This document shows, one piece after another, positions 1-10,575 of a DNA stretch of 57,447 nucleotides; position 1 is the stretch's first letter; the number at the start of each line of letters is the position of its first letter. The notes under the pieces are model-generated. The model was not told where the DNA came from, ran no database searches, and saw only the letters and a list, made by a program, of their open reading frames with translations. The translations under genes and the position numbers were made by a program. Source of the DNA: a virus (Duplodnaviria > Caudoviricetes); IMG/VR virus record IMGVR_UViG_3300031566_000035, positions 1 through 57,447 of that record. One strand, written 5' to 3'.

Positions 1-132
1 AGAGGAAGGATTGAAACCTATTGATGATTGGACTGTTGTTGAATATTACTTTCTCACTAACAGAAGGGGCAGGGGCAGGGGGGGCGTTGTTGCTGGTTAT
101 GCTCCAATGGTAAAAATTCCAGTAAATACTTA
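1..132. repeat. Terminal direct repeat, left copy (circular assembly overlap)
   Basis: 1-132 matches 57316-57447 except position 6 (a vs t); 7-132 is an exact 126-bp match. Confidence 0.95.
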
Positions 133-2299
133 TGTAGTTATGAATTATCTTTCTGGGTTTTTTGACGGTAACGCACCTAAAAGACAGCTTTTCGCAGTTC
201 CACCGACAAAATTTCAAGATCAAGAAGGTTTTTACCTTGCCGACAGGGAACAGATACTCGGAGAGGATTTTTCGGATATAGATTTAAGCGGTGACGAATA
301 TGTTTGGTTAAGCACAAAAACTTATGGAATTGCAATTATAGAAAAATCACTTGACAATATAGTATGGTACAGAAGTGTTCCAACAAATCCATTCAAAGCT
401 TATAAATCAATAAAGTTCGGGAATCTAAATAAACAACCAGACATAAATCCTGAATGGTGGGAGGAGTTTGATAAGGGTGAGATATTCCCATCAAAAGGTG
501 ATTACGAACTGAGTGAACTTACCGTTTGGGACGGGGGTATTATTTATAGCGGTGGACTTAAGGAACAATTGTACTGTACGACCAAGTTCAGTAGGGAGGA
601 ATTCAGGAAAATAGATGTTGTTTCCGAATCTGATCCGTCTGGCTATGAGCCACCGCAAGGTGAGGGATGGCATTTAAGGTCAAAAGTGAAGGTAGGCGGA
701 CAGAACGGGCATCTTTGGACAAGAAAACCTTTTAACGGTGCTTTTTCCGATAATTGGTCTTTGCAGGATGAAGAAGAAAACACGGATGGTCAATCGGATC
801 ATTTTGAATGGTGGAGAAAAAGGACGACAAGGATAAATTACGATAAGAATATATCAACAGGGGATTGTACGACAACGATAACATCAAGGGGGTTCTTGGA
901 ATATGCATTAAGGAATACAAGCAGTGTCTTTGAGGGGAAAAACGTGTATTCGACATTTTTCTTTAATGATTTTGAGGATGAACTTCCTATATTGGAAGAT
1001 AGGATAGGGCAGGGGTACAATTATGTAACACTTGCAAAAAATTACCTGAACAACACATCATTTATACTGACGAGGGATTTGATACCAGATATAGACCTTT
1101 CGGACAAATCAACCTTCCCGGACATATCGTTGAAAGAAATAATCGAGGATTTTAACAATCTTTTTGCAGGAAACCTGTACTGTTTTCTGGATGATGATTT
1201 TAATTTAAGGATAGAACACGTAAAATACATAGACCTTACAAAGACCGTTACCGATCTTAGGGGGCGCGAGGAACTTTCTGAGACGTTGGTTTGGAAATAT
1301 GATAAAAGTTTGATGTTCAACAAAGTTGAACTAAGGCAGGTAAATGCAAAAGGAAGGGATTTTACAGAAAACCTGATAGTATTCGACAAAATAGTCTCCA
1401 ATAAAAGGACAAAAGACATAAAACAGGAGTTCGAGACATCTATATTCTCGACAGACATAAGGTATGCCATAGAAAATTCAGGAGACCTTGAAGACGGTGT
1501 GTTCTTCCTTGCGACAGAACCGAACAATATACTTGTTGAAAATCCGCAGATAGATGAAATAGAAGTAAGTGGAAGCACTGGAAGTGCCGGAGTAACCGCA
1601 GGTGGTTTGACTAGGACAATAAACGCAAGCTATTTGGGGGCTGTATTTTCGGTAATAAGTTTTATAAGTGCGTATTCTGATGATTATAGCAGTATAGGGA
1701 TTTCGTTGACAAGAAACTTAGATAAATTGATATTTACAAAAAATGGCCGGTTCCAAAATGCTTCAATATTGAACATTTCTGGAAATATGAACGGTGTCGC
1801 ATCACAAGTACGAGCGTATAGCGTAACAGGGACTTCTACAAAACAAACCGTAAGGTCTAAGATCGGATTTTTAAGCGGTGTGGAAGAAGCAAACGGATTC
1901 CTTGCATTATCTAACATTATAAACGACTTTGGGAGATATGAAGGTGTTTGGGAAAAAGGAATTGTTAATGGAATAGAAAAAGATTTTACAACAACGTCAA
2001 GAACAAAAAAAGGCGATGAAATACTTTTAAAAGGGATAAGTACATCTCTTTTTTATATAACGGATATAGGGATAGGGATAGTAGATGATGAAACGATTGA
2101 TTTTGAAGAAGAAAATACAAAATTAAATATATCTTACAGATATGATTCAAATCCGTATTCAGATAGGTTTGTTCTTGTTGCACAGAAAGAGAACGACTTT
2201 ATTGGGGCTGAAAACATTTGGTTGGACATTGCAAGTTATACAACATGGCAAATTATACAACATGAGCGGAATAATAACACAACAAAGGATACAACATGA
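11..2299 (+). CDS. C-terminal part of large tail/baseplate hub-like protein (~900 aa in total)
   Basis: Long ORF two genes downstream of the tape measure gene on the circle; function inferred from position. Confidence 0.7.
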   Translation: MKPIDDWTVVEYYFLTNRRGRGRGGVVAGYAPMVKIPVNTYVVMNYLSGFFDGNAPKRQLFAVPPTKFQDQEGFYLADREQILGEDFSDIDLSGDEYVWLSTKTYGIAIIEKSLDNIVWYRSVPTNPFKAYKSIKFGNLNKQPDINPEWWEEFDKGEIFPSKGDYELSELTVWDGGIIYSGGLKEQLYCTTKFSREEFRKIDVVSESDPSGYEPPQGEGWHLRSKVKVGGQNGHLWTRKPFNGAFSDNWSLQDEEENTDGQSDHFEWWRKRTTRINYDKNISTGDCTTTITSRGFLEYALRNTSSVFEGKNVYSTFFFNDFEDELPILEDRIGQGYNYVTLAKNYLNNTSFILTRDLIPDIDLSDKSTFPDISLKEIIEDFNNLFAGNLYCFLDDDFNLRIEHVKYIDLTKTVTDLRGREELSETLVWKYDKSLMFNKVELRQVNAKGRDFTENLIVFDKIVSNKRTKDIKQEFETSIFSTDIRYAIENSGDLEDGVFFLATEPNNILVENPQIDEIEVSGSTGSAGVTAGGLTRTINASYLGAVFSVISFISAYSDDYSSIGISLTRNLDKLIFTKNGRFQNASILNISGNMNGVASQVRAYSVTGTSTKQTVRSKIGFLSGVEEANGFLALSNIINDFGRYEGVWEKGIVNGIEKDFTTTSRTKKGDEILLKGISTSLFYITDIGIGIVDDETIDFEEENTKLNISYRYDSNPYSDRFVLVAQKENDFIGAENIWLDIASYTTWQIIQHERNNNTTKDTT

Positions 2300-2327
2300 G
2301 CGGAATAATAACACAACAAAGGATACA
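2255..2327 (+). repeat. 34-bp tandem duplication over a gene junction
   Basis: ATACAACATGAGCGGAATAATAACACAACAAAGG at 2255 and 2289. Confidence 0.9.
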
Positions 2328-3132
2328 CGAACTCGGTACATATACACAGGTATCGCCCGGTGATGTAGGCTACAAAGACCCTTCGACTATTTATTTGCCT
2401 GTTGATAAGAATGGGTTTACAAGACCTTTAAAGATGGCATTATCAGATTTTCTTTCCTCGCAACACATAGAAACGGCTGCGATAACCGCAACTTCGGTAA
2501 ATGTTGATGTTACTTACAGTAAACAGTTTCTTGATAGCAGTTATTTTTTTATGAAGCCTTATGTTTATAAATTGGTTACTTTGCCAAGCGGGGGCGTGAT
2601 AAGGCAAAACGTTCCGCACGATAACATAACGCCAACTTTAACAGGGTTTACGTTAAGATTGATTGAATTTCCTCCAGAGCCTGTTGTAATTACTTATTTC
2701 GCATCAGAACCAGTAATAGCTACATCGTTTACAAAGGACTATATACAAATAACGGCGGCCGACCCTACCATTAACATCCCTGGAAGTTCAAGGATACAGG
2801 TAATAGGGCTTTCAAGTATAGAGAATTCTGGATTGACTTTGGCATCAAATGAAATAACGGTATCAAAAACATCAAAATATCTTGTTTTTATAAGTTTTGC
2901 ATCGAGCAATGGGAGCGGTGGTTCTTTATTGCTTGATTTAATGAACGAAACACCTATAAGTTACGGGACTACCAGAAGGTTCGACCATTTAACGAATTAT
3001 TCAAATACGATCTTGCAATTTGAAAAAAGTTTTTCGGCCAACGAAAAGATAAGGCTTTATATAGAAAACATTATCGGGTCGGCAGGATCGTTCGATTTAT
3101 TAGATTTATCAATTACAATACAGGAAATATGA
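2296..3132 (+). CDS. Putative tail structural protein, beta-rich C-terminal domain
   Basis: 278 aa within the tail cluster; ATGA overlaps with both neighbours; C-terminus resembles a C1q/BclA-like jelly roll pattern. Confidence 0.6.
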   Translation: MSGIITQQRIHELGTYTQVSPGDVGYKDPSTIYLPVDKNGFTRPLKMALSDFLSSQHIETAAITATSVNVDVTYSKQFLDSSYFFMKPYVYKLVTLPSGGVIRQNVPHDNITPTLTGFTLRLIEFPPEPVVITYFASEPVIATSFTKDYIQITAADPTINIPGSSRIQVIGLSSIENSGLTLASNEITVSKTSKYLVFISFASSNGSGGSLLLDLMNETPISYGTTRRFDHLTNYSNTILQFEKSFSANEKIRLYIENIIGSAGSFDLLDLSITIQEI

Positions 3133-6100
3133 AAAAATTAATTTTATTTTTAATGATGTTGCCTTTATTTTCTTTTGGGCAAATAGACGATTACACTATA
3201 AGGGCTAGGTATGAATTAAAAACCGACAGTATATTTGTTATAGGAAAAGACACTTTTAAACTCGCAAATCCATTACAGGACAATCAAATAATGCAAAGGG
3301 TCAATGGTACTTGGGTAAATACATTTATTACAGGAATACAGGCATCCGATGTATCATATAATATAGCTGGCACAATTTACGATAGTACAACCGTACAGGG
3401 AGCTATAACACAGATCGGAAATCTTTTTGATGATAGTTATGGCGGATTTGAGCATACTATATTTATTAAAAACGAAGGATCGACACCTATACAAGATGCC
3501 GTAGATTTATTATCGGTATCGGATACCGTATTATTGCAATTGGATGCGGGCATATACAATGAAACAGTTACAATAACGAACAAAAACATCTCCATAACAG
3601 GGGCAGGTCATTTATCCACCGCTGTGAACGGAATAATAATAACGCAAAATACGCCCGGGATATTTCAGGAACAAAAAATATCAAATTTAACAATAACCGA
3701 GACAGTTACACTTACACAAGGAAGCGTTGCGGATTTTAAGTTCATAAGAATGGAAGATGTAACAACAGTTGGGACAATGACCGTTACGGGAGCAAGCAAC
3801 GAAAATCATTTAATAGCTATAAAAAACGGGTTTAACAATTCGGCAACGACCATTTCCAATTGTTTCTTTTCATCCGAACACAATGGATGGGGGCTTGGAT
3901 GGACATTGGCAAACAATGCTATATTCCAACACAATGCAGCAGAGATAAACGGAACTTGCACATTGGTAAGCGGAACAGAAGCATATCTTAGTGGCGCAAG
4001 GGTTTTGGCGAAGCCGAACGATCCCGGTGTTTCTGCTATTTATATAGCCCCGGAAGGGTCTATCTTGAACACGGACGGCAACACTTATTCAACAGCAAAT
4101 GTGGATGCTGTCGATCTTTCTGCTCTTGAACTCCAAGATGCCAATTCCTCAGGTTCGATTTCACCAAAATTTATTATAACCGAAAATGTGGACGGAACTA
4201 TTGATATAAGCAATTTCCCGATCAACCTTTACAACAATATAAACCATTTTGGAAAACCGAGACGATATAATATAACAGGAGTAGATGACCAAGTTTTAAC
4301 AAACAATTCATCGAATTTTATTTCTGTCGATTTTAATTCGGGAAACCCTATCCTCCGATTCGATACGTTCGACCCATCAAACGAGAGCAATATTGTCCTT
4401 ATTGCACAAAGGAACAGGAGGAACACGGAACTTCATGGATATGACCTCAATACAGAAGGGGAGGGAAAGGCTGATAAAATCAATAAGCGTTTAAAAAAAG
4501 AAGCATTTTTTAAACGTGCAAATGGTTTGATATTAGGCGAATTGCCTACAAGATACGTAACGTCTACTGCCGGACTGTTGTACATAGGGGCTTCCCCGAT
4601 TTCATTGGGTGCAACGAATTCAAGTACTGGGATTCTTGATTTTTATGCCCATGTGGCAGGGGTATATACATTGAACCCCAATGGTATTACGACCCAGTAT
4701 AATAATTCTCAATATGATAATGGAACGAACCTTGTTACTATGGGGCCGAATAAATTCAAGAATAATTTTATTTATCGCGATATAGATAATCATGACCATA
4801 TTTTTTATGTCATTGGGAATGAATTCGGGACTGTTTCACTTGCACTCGCCGAACCTAAACCTACCAACCTACCACAGATAATAACTAATAATTCTACATA
4901 TCTTGGGCGTATAATTGTAGGTACAGGGCTTTCTACGGCAGCTCTTATAATAAGTGCTTTTGAGGAAAAAGAGGCTGCCTCCGGTGTAATAGACCATGAT
5001 AATACGGGGAATATCAAAATAGCGGGGACAGGTGTTACTTATGGTCATATCAATTCTATTGTTCAAAGCATATATGGCGCAAAAACTTTCAATTCACCGG
5101 TAACCGCACCAAATTTTATCTCCACTGTAGCCACTGGAACAGCTCCTTATGCGACTACTTCGACAACCTTGAACACAAATTTGAATGCAGATTTGTTGGA
5201 TGGGCAGCACGGAGCGTATTATAAGGCCGAGTTAGACCCTTTATATATCGCCGATACATCTAATATCGCTTTTTTGAATACAAAAAATACTTTCACAAAA
5301 AATCAAACAATATCTAAAATTATAGGAGGAACTTCAACAACTTCCGATTTATATCTTCAAACAACGAGCGGAATCGGTACAATAGGGGCTGATATGCACT
5401 TTCTCGTTGGGAATAATGGAGCAACAGAAGCGATGACGATATTGAACAATGCTAATGTCGGCATCGGGACGACGAGTCCGTCAAAGAAACTAGATGTTAA
5501 TGGAACTTCCATTTTTAATGGAGAGTCTATGTTTATAACAGATGATGGCGCTCAATCTGTTTACATTGCTCGTACTGCTGGGTCTGGAAGTGCCCAATCA
5601 ATGGAAATGTATGTTGAGGATAGAGATTTTTATTTTAATTCTATTCAAGATGAAAATACTGGCTACCATAGAGTTAATTTTAATATAAGTGGTCCTGCCC
5701 CAGAAAAATATTATTCTTTTATGAACGGCAACGTCGGCATCGGGACGACTGCCCCGACAGCTTATTTGCATATAAAAGCAGGGACAGCTTCATTTTCTCC
5801 TTTTAGGCTTTCAAGTGGAATATTGAAGACATCTCCCGATGCTGGGGATTTTGGATTTTTGAACGATAGGCTTTATTTTGCAATAACAACCGGCCCAGCA
5901 TGGAAAACATTTGCGTTCCTGACAGATATTTACCCATCTGCCGGGATTGCGCTTTCAACTGGATCGGCTTGGGGGAGTTCGATAACCGATAATTCTACTA
6001 ATTGGAACACGGCGTACACTGACAGGTTGAAATGGGACGGTGGGTCGACTGGACTTGTGGCTGCAACCGGGAGGACGTCCCTTGGTGCAAATACCATAGG

Positions 6101-7373
6101 TTCTAACATCTTTACATTGCCAAATCCCGATGCAATAACATTTATGAGCGCAAATGCAAACAATACGGTATCCATGCTGAATGCTGCTGATTTCAGGACT
6201 GCCATTGGGGTACTTTCGATAAGCGGTTCTGGCACGACAGGCAGATTCCCTTATTTTTCTGCCCCCGCAACACTTTCCGATTCCCCATTGGAATGGGAAA
6301 ACGATTCTACTATATTTGTTAAATTTTCCGTTATCGGCGATACGATAAACAGGAGCAACACCGCGGGCGTAGATTGGATTTTATCTTTGAGCAATGAATA
6401 TCAAACAGTAAGTTCTAAGAATTATTATGGGAAATATGGGTTCAGGATTGATTCTGACAATAATTTACATCTTGACAGAAGGAACATTTCCATTAAAACG
6501 CTTCCATCTCCATCGTACTCAAATTTGGAAATAGACCTTTCATCGGGAAATTGGACATTGGAAGCAAACTTAACAGCGGCTACATATGGCTCGGACGGTT
6601 CTGTTTCCGATACAGAACTGAAATATATAAACACTTTATCGAGCAATGCACAAACACAACTTAGCGATAAAATAAACGGTTCTGGTACTGCGAATATAGG
6701 AACAATGTTTACGGCGAACAAAACAATAGGTAACGCACCGATTCTTTATTCATCCGGGAATGCTATTTTTTCCGGAAAAATAAATACGGACAATGCAACG
6801 GATGCAACAACGACAACAGACGGGTCTTTGCAGACAGATGGCGGACTGAGTGTCGTTAAGTCTGCTGTAATCGGTGCAAATATAGCAGCATCGACTTATG
6901 GTTCTGATGGATCGGTAAGCAATACTGAATTACTTTACATCAATACCTTATCGAGCAATGCACAAGATCAAATAGATGCAATTACAGCTGGATCAGCTGT
7001 ACTTTATCAGTTAGTAACGCTAGATGCAACTGCGGTCAGTAATTCCGGGAGCGCGCAAACAATATTGGCAGCCCCCGGCGCAGGGAAGGAATACATGATT
7101 GTAGCAATAAGATTAAAGCCAACAGTATCGACACCACTTGAAGTCGGAACGCAAACCCTACAAATAACCACTGGCGGGGGCGCAATATATAGTTTTACCA
7201 ATAATGAAATTGAAGCTAACAGCAGTGTACGAACGTACAATCCTACGCAATTACCTGTCGCTTGGACACTTGAAAATACTGCCGTTACAGCACGCCTTTC
7301 ATCTGGTACAAACCCAACAAGTGGGGATGCTACGTGGGCATTTAGGATTATATATAAAATAATAGATCTTTAA
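3129..7373 (+). CDS. Tail fibre/adhesin-like protein with N-terminal signal peptide
   Basis: 1414 aa, G/T/S/N-rich; beta-helix-like N-terminal part; two NVGIGTT.P repeats; internal TYGSDGSVS.TEL.YINTLSSNAQ repeat; starts MKKLILFLMMLPLFSFG-Q. Confidence 0.75.
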   Translation: MKKLILFLMMLPLFSFGQIDDYTIRARYELKTDSIFVIGKDTFKLANPLQDNQIMQRVNGTWVNTFITGIQASDVSYNIAGTIYDSTTVQGAITQIGNLFDDSYGGFEHTIFIKNEGSTPIQDAVDLLSVSDTVLLQLDAGIYNETVTITNKNISITGAGHLSTAVNGIIITQNTPGIFQEQKISNLTITETVTLTQGSVADFKFIRMEDVTTVGTMTVTGASNENHLIAIKNGFNNSATTISNCFFSSEHNGWGLGWTLANNAIFQHNAAEINGTCTLVSGTEAYLSGARVLAKPNDPGVSAIYIAPEGSILNTDGNTYSTANVDAVDLSALELQDANSSGSISPKFIITENVDGTIDISNFPINLYNNINHFGKPRRYNITGVDDQVLTNNSSNFISVDFNSGNPILRFDTFDPSNESNIVLIAQRNRRNTELHGYDLNTEGEGKADKINKRLKKEAFFKRANGLILGELPTRYVTSTAGLLYIGASPISLGATNSSTGILDFYAHVAGVYTLNPNGITTQYNNSQYDNGTNLVTMGPNKFKNNFIYRDIDNHDHIFYVIGNEFGTVSLALAEPKPTNLPQIITNNSTYLGRIIVGTGLSTAALIISAFEEKEAASGVIDHDNTGNIKIAGTGVTYGHINSIVQSIYGAKTFNSPVTAPNFISTVATGTAPYATTSTTLNTNLNADLLDGQHGAYYKAELDPLYIADTSNIAFLNTKNTFTKNQTISKIIGGTSTTSDLYLQTTSGIGTIGADMHFLVGNNGATEAMTILNNANVGIGTTSPSKKLDVNGTSIFNGESMFITDDGAQSVYIARTAGSGSAQSMEMYVEDRDFYFNSIQDENTGYHRVNFNISGPAPEKYYSFMNGNVGIGTTAPTAYLHIKAGTASFSPFRLSSGILKTSPDAGDFGFLNDRLYFAITTGPAWKTFAFLTDIYPSAGIALSTGSAWGSSITDNSTNWNTAYTDRLKWDGGSTGLVAATGRTSLGANTIGSNIFTLPNPDAITFMSANANNTVSMLNAADFRTAIGVLSISGSGTTGRFPYFSAPATLSDSPLEWENDSTIFVKFSVIGDTINRSNTAGVDWILSLSNEYQTVSSKNYYGKYGFRIDSDNNLHLDRRNISIKTLPSPSYSNLEIDLSSGNWTLEANLTAATYGSDGSVSDTELKYINTLSSNAQTQLSDKINGSGTANIGTMFTANKTIGNAPILYSSGNAIFSGKINTDNATDATTTTDGSLQTDGGLSVVKSAVIGANIAASTYGSDGSVSNTELLYINTLSSNAQDQIDAITAGSAVLYQLVTLDATAVSNSGSAQTILAAPGAGKEYMIVAIRLKPTVSTPLEVGTQTLQITTGGGAIYSFTNNEIEANSSVRTYNPTQLPVAWTLENTAVTARLSSGTNPTSGDATWAFRIIYKIIDL

Positions 7374-7404
7374 TTAAAAAACGAAAATTTAAAAAAATAA
7401 AACC

Positions 7405-7617
7405 ATGGCAAAAACAGCAGTAAAGATTGATGAAAAAAACATTATGGTATCATGGACGGATACCGTAAACGATGAAGAAAAACCAAAAAATGTACCTTAT
7501 AATTTGGATTTCCTTAAAGACCAAAAGGCCCTAATAATCGCACAAAGGGAAAAGGAGATCGCAGAAATAGATATGTTATTGGGAATGTTTGAAAATGTAG
7601 GTATTTCTACGAAATGA
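7405..7617 (+). CDS. Small hypothetical protein after the fibre gene
   Basis: 70 aa ORF with A-rich leader. Confidence 0.65.
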   Translation: MAKTAVKIDEKNIMVSWTDTVNDEEKPKNVPYNLDFLKDQKALIIAQREKEIAEIDMLLGMFENVGISTK

Positions 7618-7758
7618 AATTATCATTAAAAATATTCGAGATAGTCCTATGGTCTGCGATTGCCATAAGGATCATAATGCTTTTCATTATAATGGATTAA
7701 AATATGTAACTTTAGGGTTACTTTTATAAATAAGTATTAATTAATAATAAAAATTATC

Positions 7759-7911
7759 ATGGAAAATTCAACAACTGAAAAATTCAAAGAAATTGATAAA
7801 TCTATATACTGCTTGGAATTGCAGATATGGCATTTAAGAAAGAAATTAGACCCAGAAATGAAGGACGAGCCACCAATACCACCTCCTCCTGATCCACCAG
7901 GCAATCCATAA
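7759..7911 (+). CDS. 50-aa peptide with poly-proline C-terminus
   Basis: MENSTTEKFKEID...DEPPIPPPPDPPGNP; A-rich leader; below the ORF-track cutoff. Confidence 0.6.
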   Translation: MENSTTEKFKEIDKSIYCLELQIWHLRKKLDPEMKDEPPIPPPPDPPGNP

Positions 7912-7915
7912 GGAC

Positions 7916-8368
7916 ATGAAAAACAAGGACGTTCTAATAGTGATATGCATATCGTTGTACATTTATTTCCAATATATTGTTTATGATATTTTTGGTAAAA
8001 ACAACAATGTTTTATGGGTATTATATCATTGGTTCGTCCCTGTTTTTTTTATAACATTGGCCTTGGTTTGTGTTATTTTTGCTAAAAAAACAAACGCCAT
8101 TCCAAAATTTAAAAATCCTATATTTTATTTAAAAATATATTCATGTATCACAATATTTGTTACGTGGTATCATTATTTAAGGATTTGTTTTAAATATCCT
8201 ATCACAAAAGGGTATCTTGATTTTTTTAATGAAATAAAAGAATCTATCATTGTATATAACAGCACCATTATATGGCTATACCTTTCATTTTTATTGTTGG
8301 TATGGATAAAGTGGGAATTTATTAAAGAATTTATAAAAAAATGGACAAAAAAGAGAAATTTCAATTAA
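7916..8368 (+). CDS. Multi-pass membrane protein (about 4 TM)
   Basis: Four hydrophobic stretches in 150 aa. Confidence 0.65.
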   Translation: MKNKDVLIVICISLYIYFQYIVYDIFGKNNNVLWVLYHWFVPVFFITLALVCVIFAKKTNAIPKFKNPIFYLKIYSCITIFVTWYHYLRICFKYPITKGYLDFFNEIKESIIVYNSTIIWLYLSFLLLVWIKWEFIKEFIKKWTKKRNFN

Positions 8369-8694
8369 TAGCTATCCATGCTGTTATTACGACCATTATA
8401 GTCTTGGCCATAACAGGTATTTTTGGGTATTTTGGGAATACATTTGAAAAAGCTGAAAATGCCGCAAGTATTGATTATGTAAATAAAGCAAACGAAAAAC
8501 AAGATGCAGCCCTAATGAAGATTGTTGAAAGTTTAAATGTTTCAATAAATTTAAAAGCCGATAAAACATATGTGGACGATGAAAACAAGAGGATGTATGA
8601 GCTCTTATTAATAATTGATGGCAGGGTTTATGACTTATGGGCAAAAGCAAACGGTTATAACAATAGAGGTGAAGAAAGCACAAAACGAAATTAA
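8341..8694 (+). CDS. Membrane-anchored coiled-coil protein, lysis region
   Basis: One N-terminal TM followed by helical region. Confidence 0.65.
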   Translation: MDKKEKFQLIAIHAVITTIIVLAITGIFGYFGNTFEKAENAASIDYVNKANEKQDAALMKIVESLNVSINLKADKTYVDDENKRMYELLLIIDGRVYDLWAKANGYNNRGEESTKRN

Positions 8695-8998
8695 TTTATT
8701 ATCTTTGTTTTACAAAAATAGAATTATTAATTAAAAATTTAAAAACAAAAACGATAATGGATTCAAGAATTTTCGATCTATGGAAAGAGCGAAAATAACA
8801 ATAAATCAAACAATGAAAATCATTATATTTGTATTTGAATTTATATGGATGCTGATATGTTTTACAATATCAATATATCTATTTATTTTTTTAATATATG
8901 GTAATATGTTTTTCCCAAACAAGAATTGGTTTTGGCCCATCGACCAAGGATTCAAGATAACCTTTAAATATAATTTATAAACAAAAAAAACTAAAATT

Positions 8999-9214
8999 AT
9001 GAAAGCAAAAGAAATTTTTATGTACGCACTCGGCGCAATAGTATTGATCGGATTTTTTATTACACTTTTCTTTTTAGTAAAAGAAGGTATATATGAAAGC
9101 ACGATTAATTTGGCAATCGGTGCATTGATTGCCGCATTTGCAACCGTAGTAGGATATTTTTATGGGTCCTCAAAAGGAAGTACCGATAAAAATGAAATGA
9201 TAAACAATAAGTAG
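8999..9214 (+). CDS. Putative holin
   Basis: 71 aa, two TM segments, VVGYFYGSSKGS tail typical of small phage holins, directly upstream of endolysin. Confidence 0.75.
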   Translation: MKAKEIFMYALGAIVLIGFFITLFFLVKEGIYESTINLAIGALIAAFATVVGYFYGSSKGSTDKNEMINNK

Positions 9215-9220
9215 AAAAAA

Positions 9221-9676
9221 ATGTACACAAAAGCAGAACTTAAAAAACTCATTGATGAAGTATTGAAAGGTATCGGGAAACATTCGCCCGATGCCTCCAA
9301 TTTAATCCAAGGGATAATAGCCCAAGAATCCAGAATGGGAAAATATAGAAGGCAGCTTGGTGGCGGTCCGGCATTGGGAATTTGCCAAATCGAGCCGAAT
9401 ACTTTTAACGATTTGATAAATTATATAAAAAAAGATATACAATTATATTTTAAAATATTGAAAACCTGCAAAATATCGTCATTCGATCCCATTGATCTGA
9501 TAAGCAACGATAAACTTTCGATATGTATGTGCAGGGTTTTCTTTTTAAGGTTCAAAGAAAAATTGCCATCTACGATAGGAGGTTATGCAAAGGAATGGAA
9601 GGTAAGGTACAACACAAAGTACGGAAAGGGTACGGTAGAGGAGTTTATCAAAAACTATAAAAAATACATTTTATGA
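9221..9676 (+). CDS. Putative endolysin (lysozyme-like fold)
   Basis: QES...GPALGICQIEP and WK.RYNT..GKG motifs; next to holin. Confidence 0.75.
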   Translation: MYTKAELKKLIDEVLKGIGKHSPDASNLIQGIIAQESRMGKYRRQLGGGPALGICQIEPNTFNDLINYIKKDIQLYFKILKTCKISSFDPIDLISNDKLSICMCRVFFLRFKEKLPSTIGGYAKEWKVRYNTKYGKGTVEEFIKNYKKYIL

Positions 9677-10383
9677 AAATAACCAAAACGGCAAAAATAG
9701 CGGTAACGACATTCATAATTTTTATCCTTGTAATTTCCGCTTGGCAATTTTATAAACTTTTCGACAAAAACAAAACCTACGAAACGCAATTACAATTTTC
9801 CAATGCGAAAATAAGCCTATACAGCGATACGGTAACCGTTTTGAAGCAGGATACCGCAAAGTTGTTAAGGCGCATCGACAGCTTCGCTAAAGCGGCACAC
9901 GAGACATTTTTGTTGCACGAAGCGGAAATACAAAAAAGGTTGGCTTTGGAAAAAGAAAAAGAAGCCGCAAAAGAAGGGATAAAAAACTCCTCAGAGCCGG
10001 AACAGGTCAAATTTTTTATCTCTTATACCGGGGAAAATTACGAACCAGAAATCTTCAAGGATAAATATCTTATAAGTTTCCCCAGTATAAGTTATTTCAA
10101 CAATATTGCAATAGACTATGATTTTTGCATCAGGAACAATCTGTCGTTAATAACCGATCTTGAAATCCGTAACAAAGAAATTTTAAATAAAAACGGTGAA
10201 TTGAAATCTTTTTATACGTATAGGGAAAAAACAGATAAAATGCTTATTATGAAAAATTCGATAATAGCAGAAAGCAATACAAAATTTTATTTGCAAAACG
10301 GCGAAATAAAAAAATACAAAAAACAAAGGAATGTATCTTATGGCCTTACAATAGCCCTTATTTTAATAAAATCCATATTCTAA
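9673..10383 (+). CDS. Spanin-like membrane coiled-coil protein
   Basis: N-terminal TM, coiled coil, hydrophobic C-terminus; follows endolysin. Confidence 0.55.
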   Translation: MKITKTAKIAVTTFIIFILVISAWQFYKLFDKNKTYETQLQFSNAKISLYSDTVTVLKQDTAKLLRRIDSFAKAAHETFLLHEAEIQKRLALEKEKEAAKEGIKNSSEPEQVKFFISYTGENYEPEIFKDKYLISFPSISYFNNIAIDYDFCIRNNLSLITDLEIRNKEILNKNGELKSFYTYREKTDKMLIMKNSIIAESNTKFYLQNGEIKKYKKQRNVSYGLTIALILIKSIF

Positions 10384-10425
10384 TTATATGTAAATCAGTT
10401 ATTTAATTAGACATCTTTATGGTTT

Positions 10426-10456
10426 AAGGGAATCAAATATAGGTTCTCTTTTTTTT
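10426..10456 (+). terminator. Putative intrinsic terminator after lysis genes
   Basis: AAGGGAATC...GGTTCTCTT stem with wobble pairs followed by a T-run. Confidence 0.55.
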
Positions 10457-10500
10457 AAATATTTATTCTTATTTATACTAAATATAAACAACGAAAAAAC

Positions 10501-10531
10501 TTGACTTCTTGTTTGTTTATTTATATATTTG
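10501..10531 (+). promoter_or_regulatory. Bacteroidota-type promoter
   Basis: TTG at 10501 and TATATTTG (TAnnTTTG -7 box) at 10524-10531, upstream of the 10.6 kb operon. Confidence 0.6.
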
Positions 10532-10575
10532 AAATATGAAACAATCAAATAAACAATTAATCTAAATTAAAAACC

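Noticed and set aside
1-132. Biological terminal repeat of the virion DNA
   Set aside because: It falls in the middle of a tail gene, and the 126-bp exact match fits an assembler overlap
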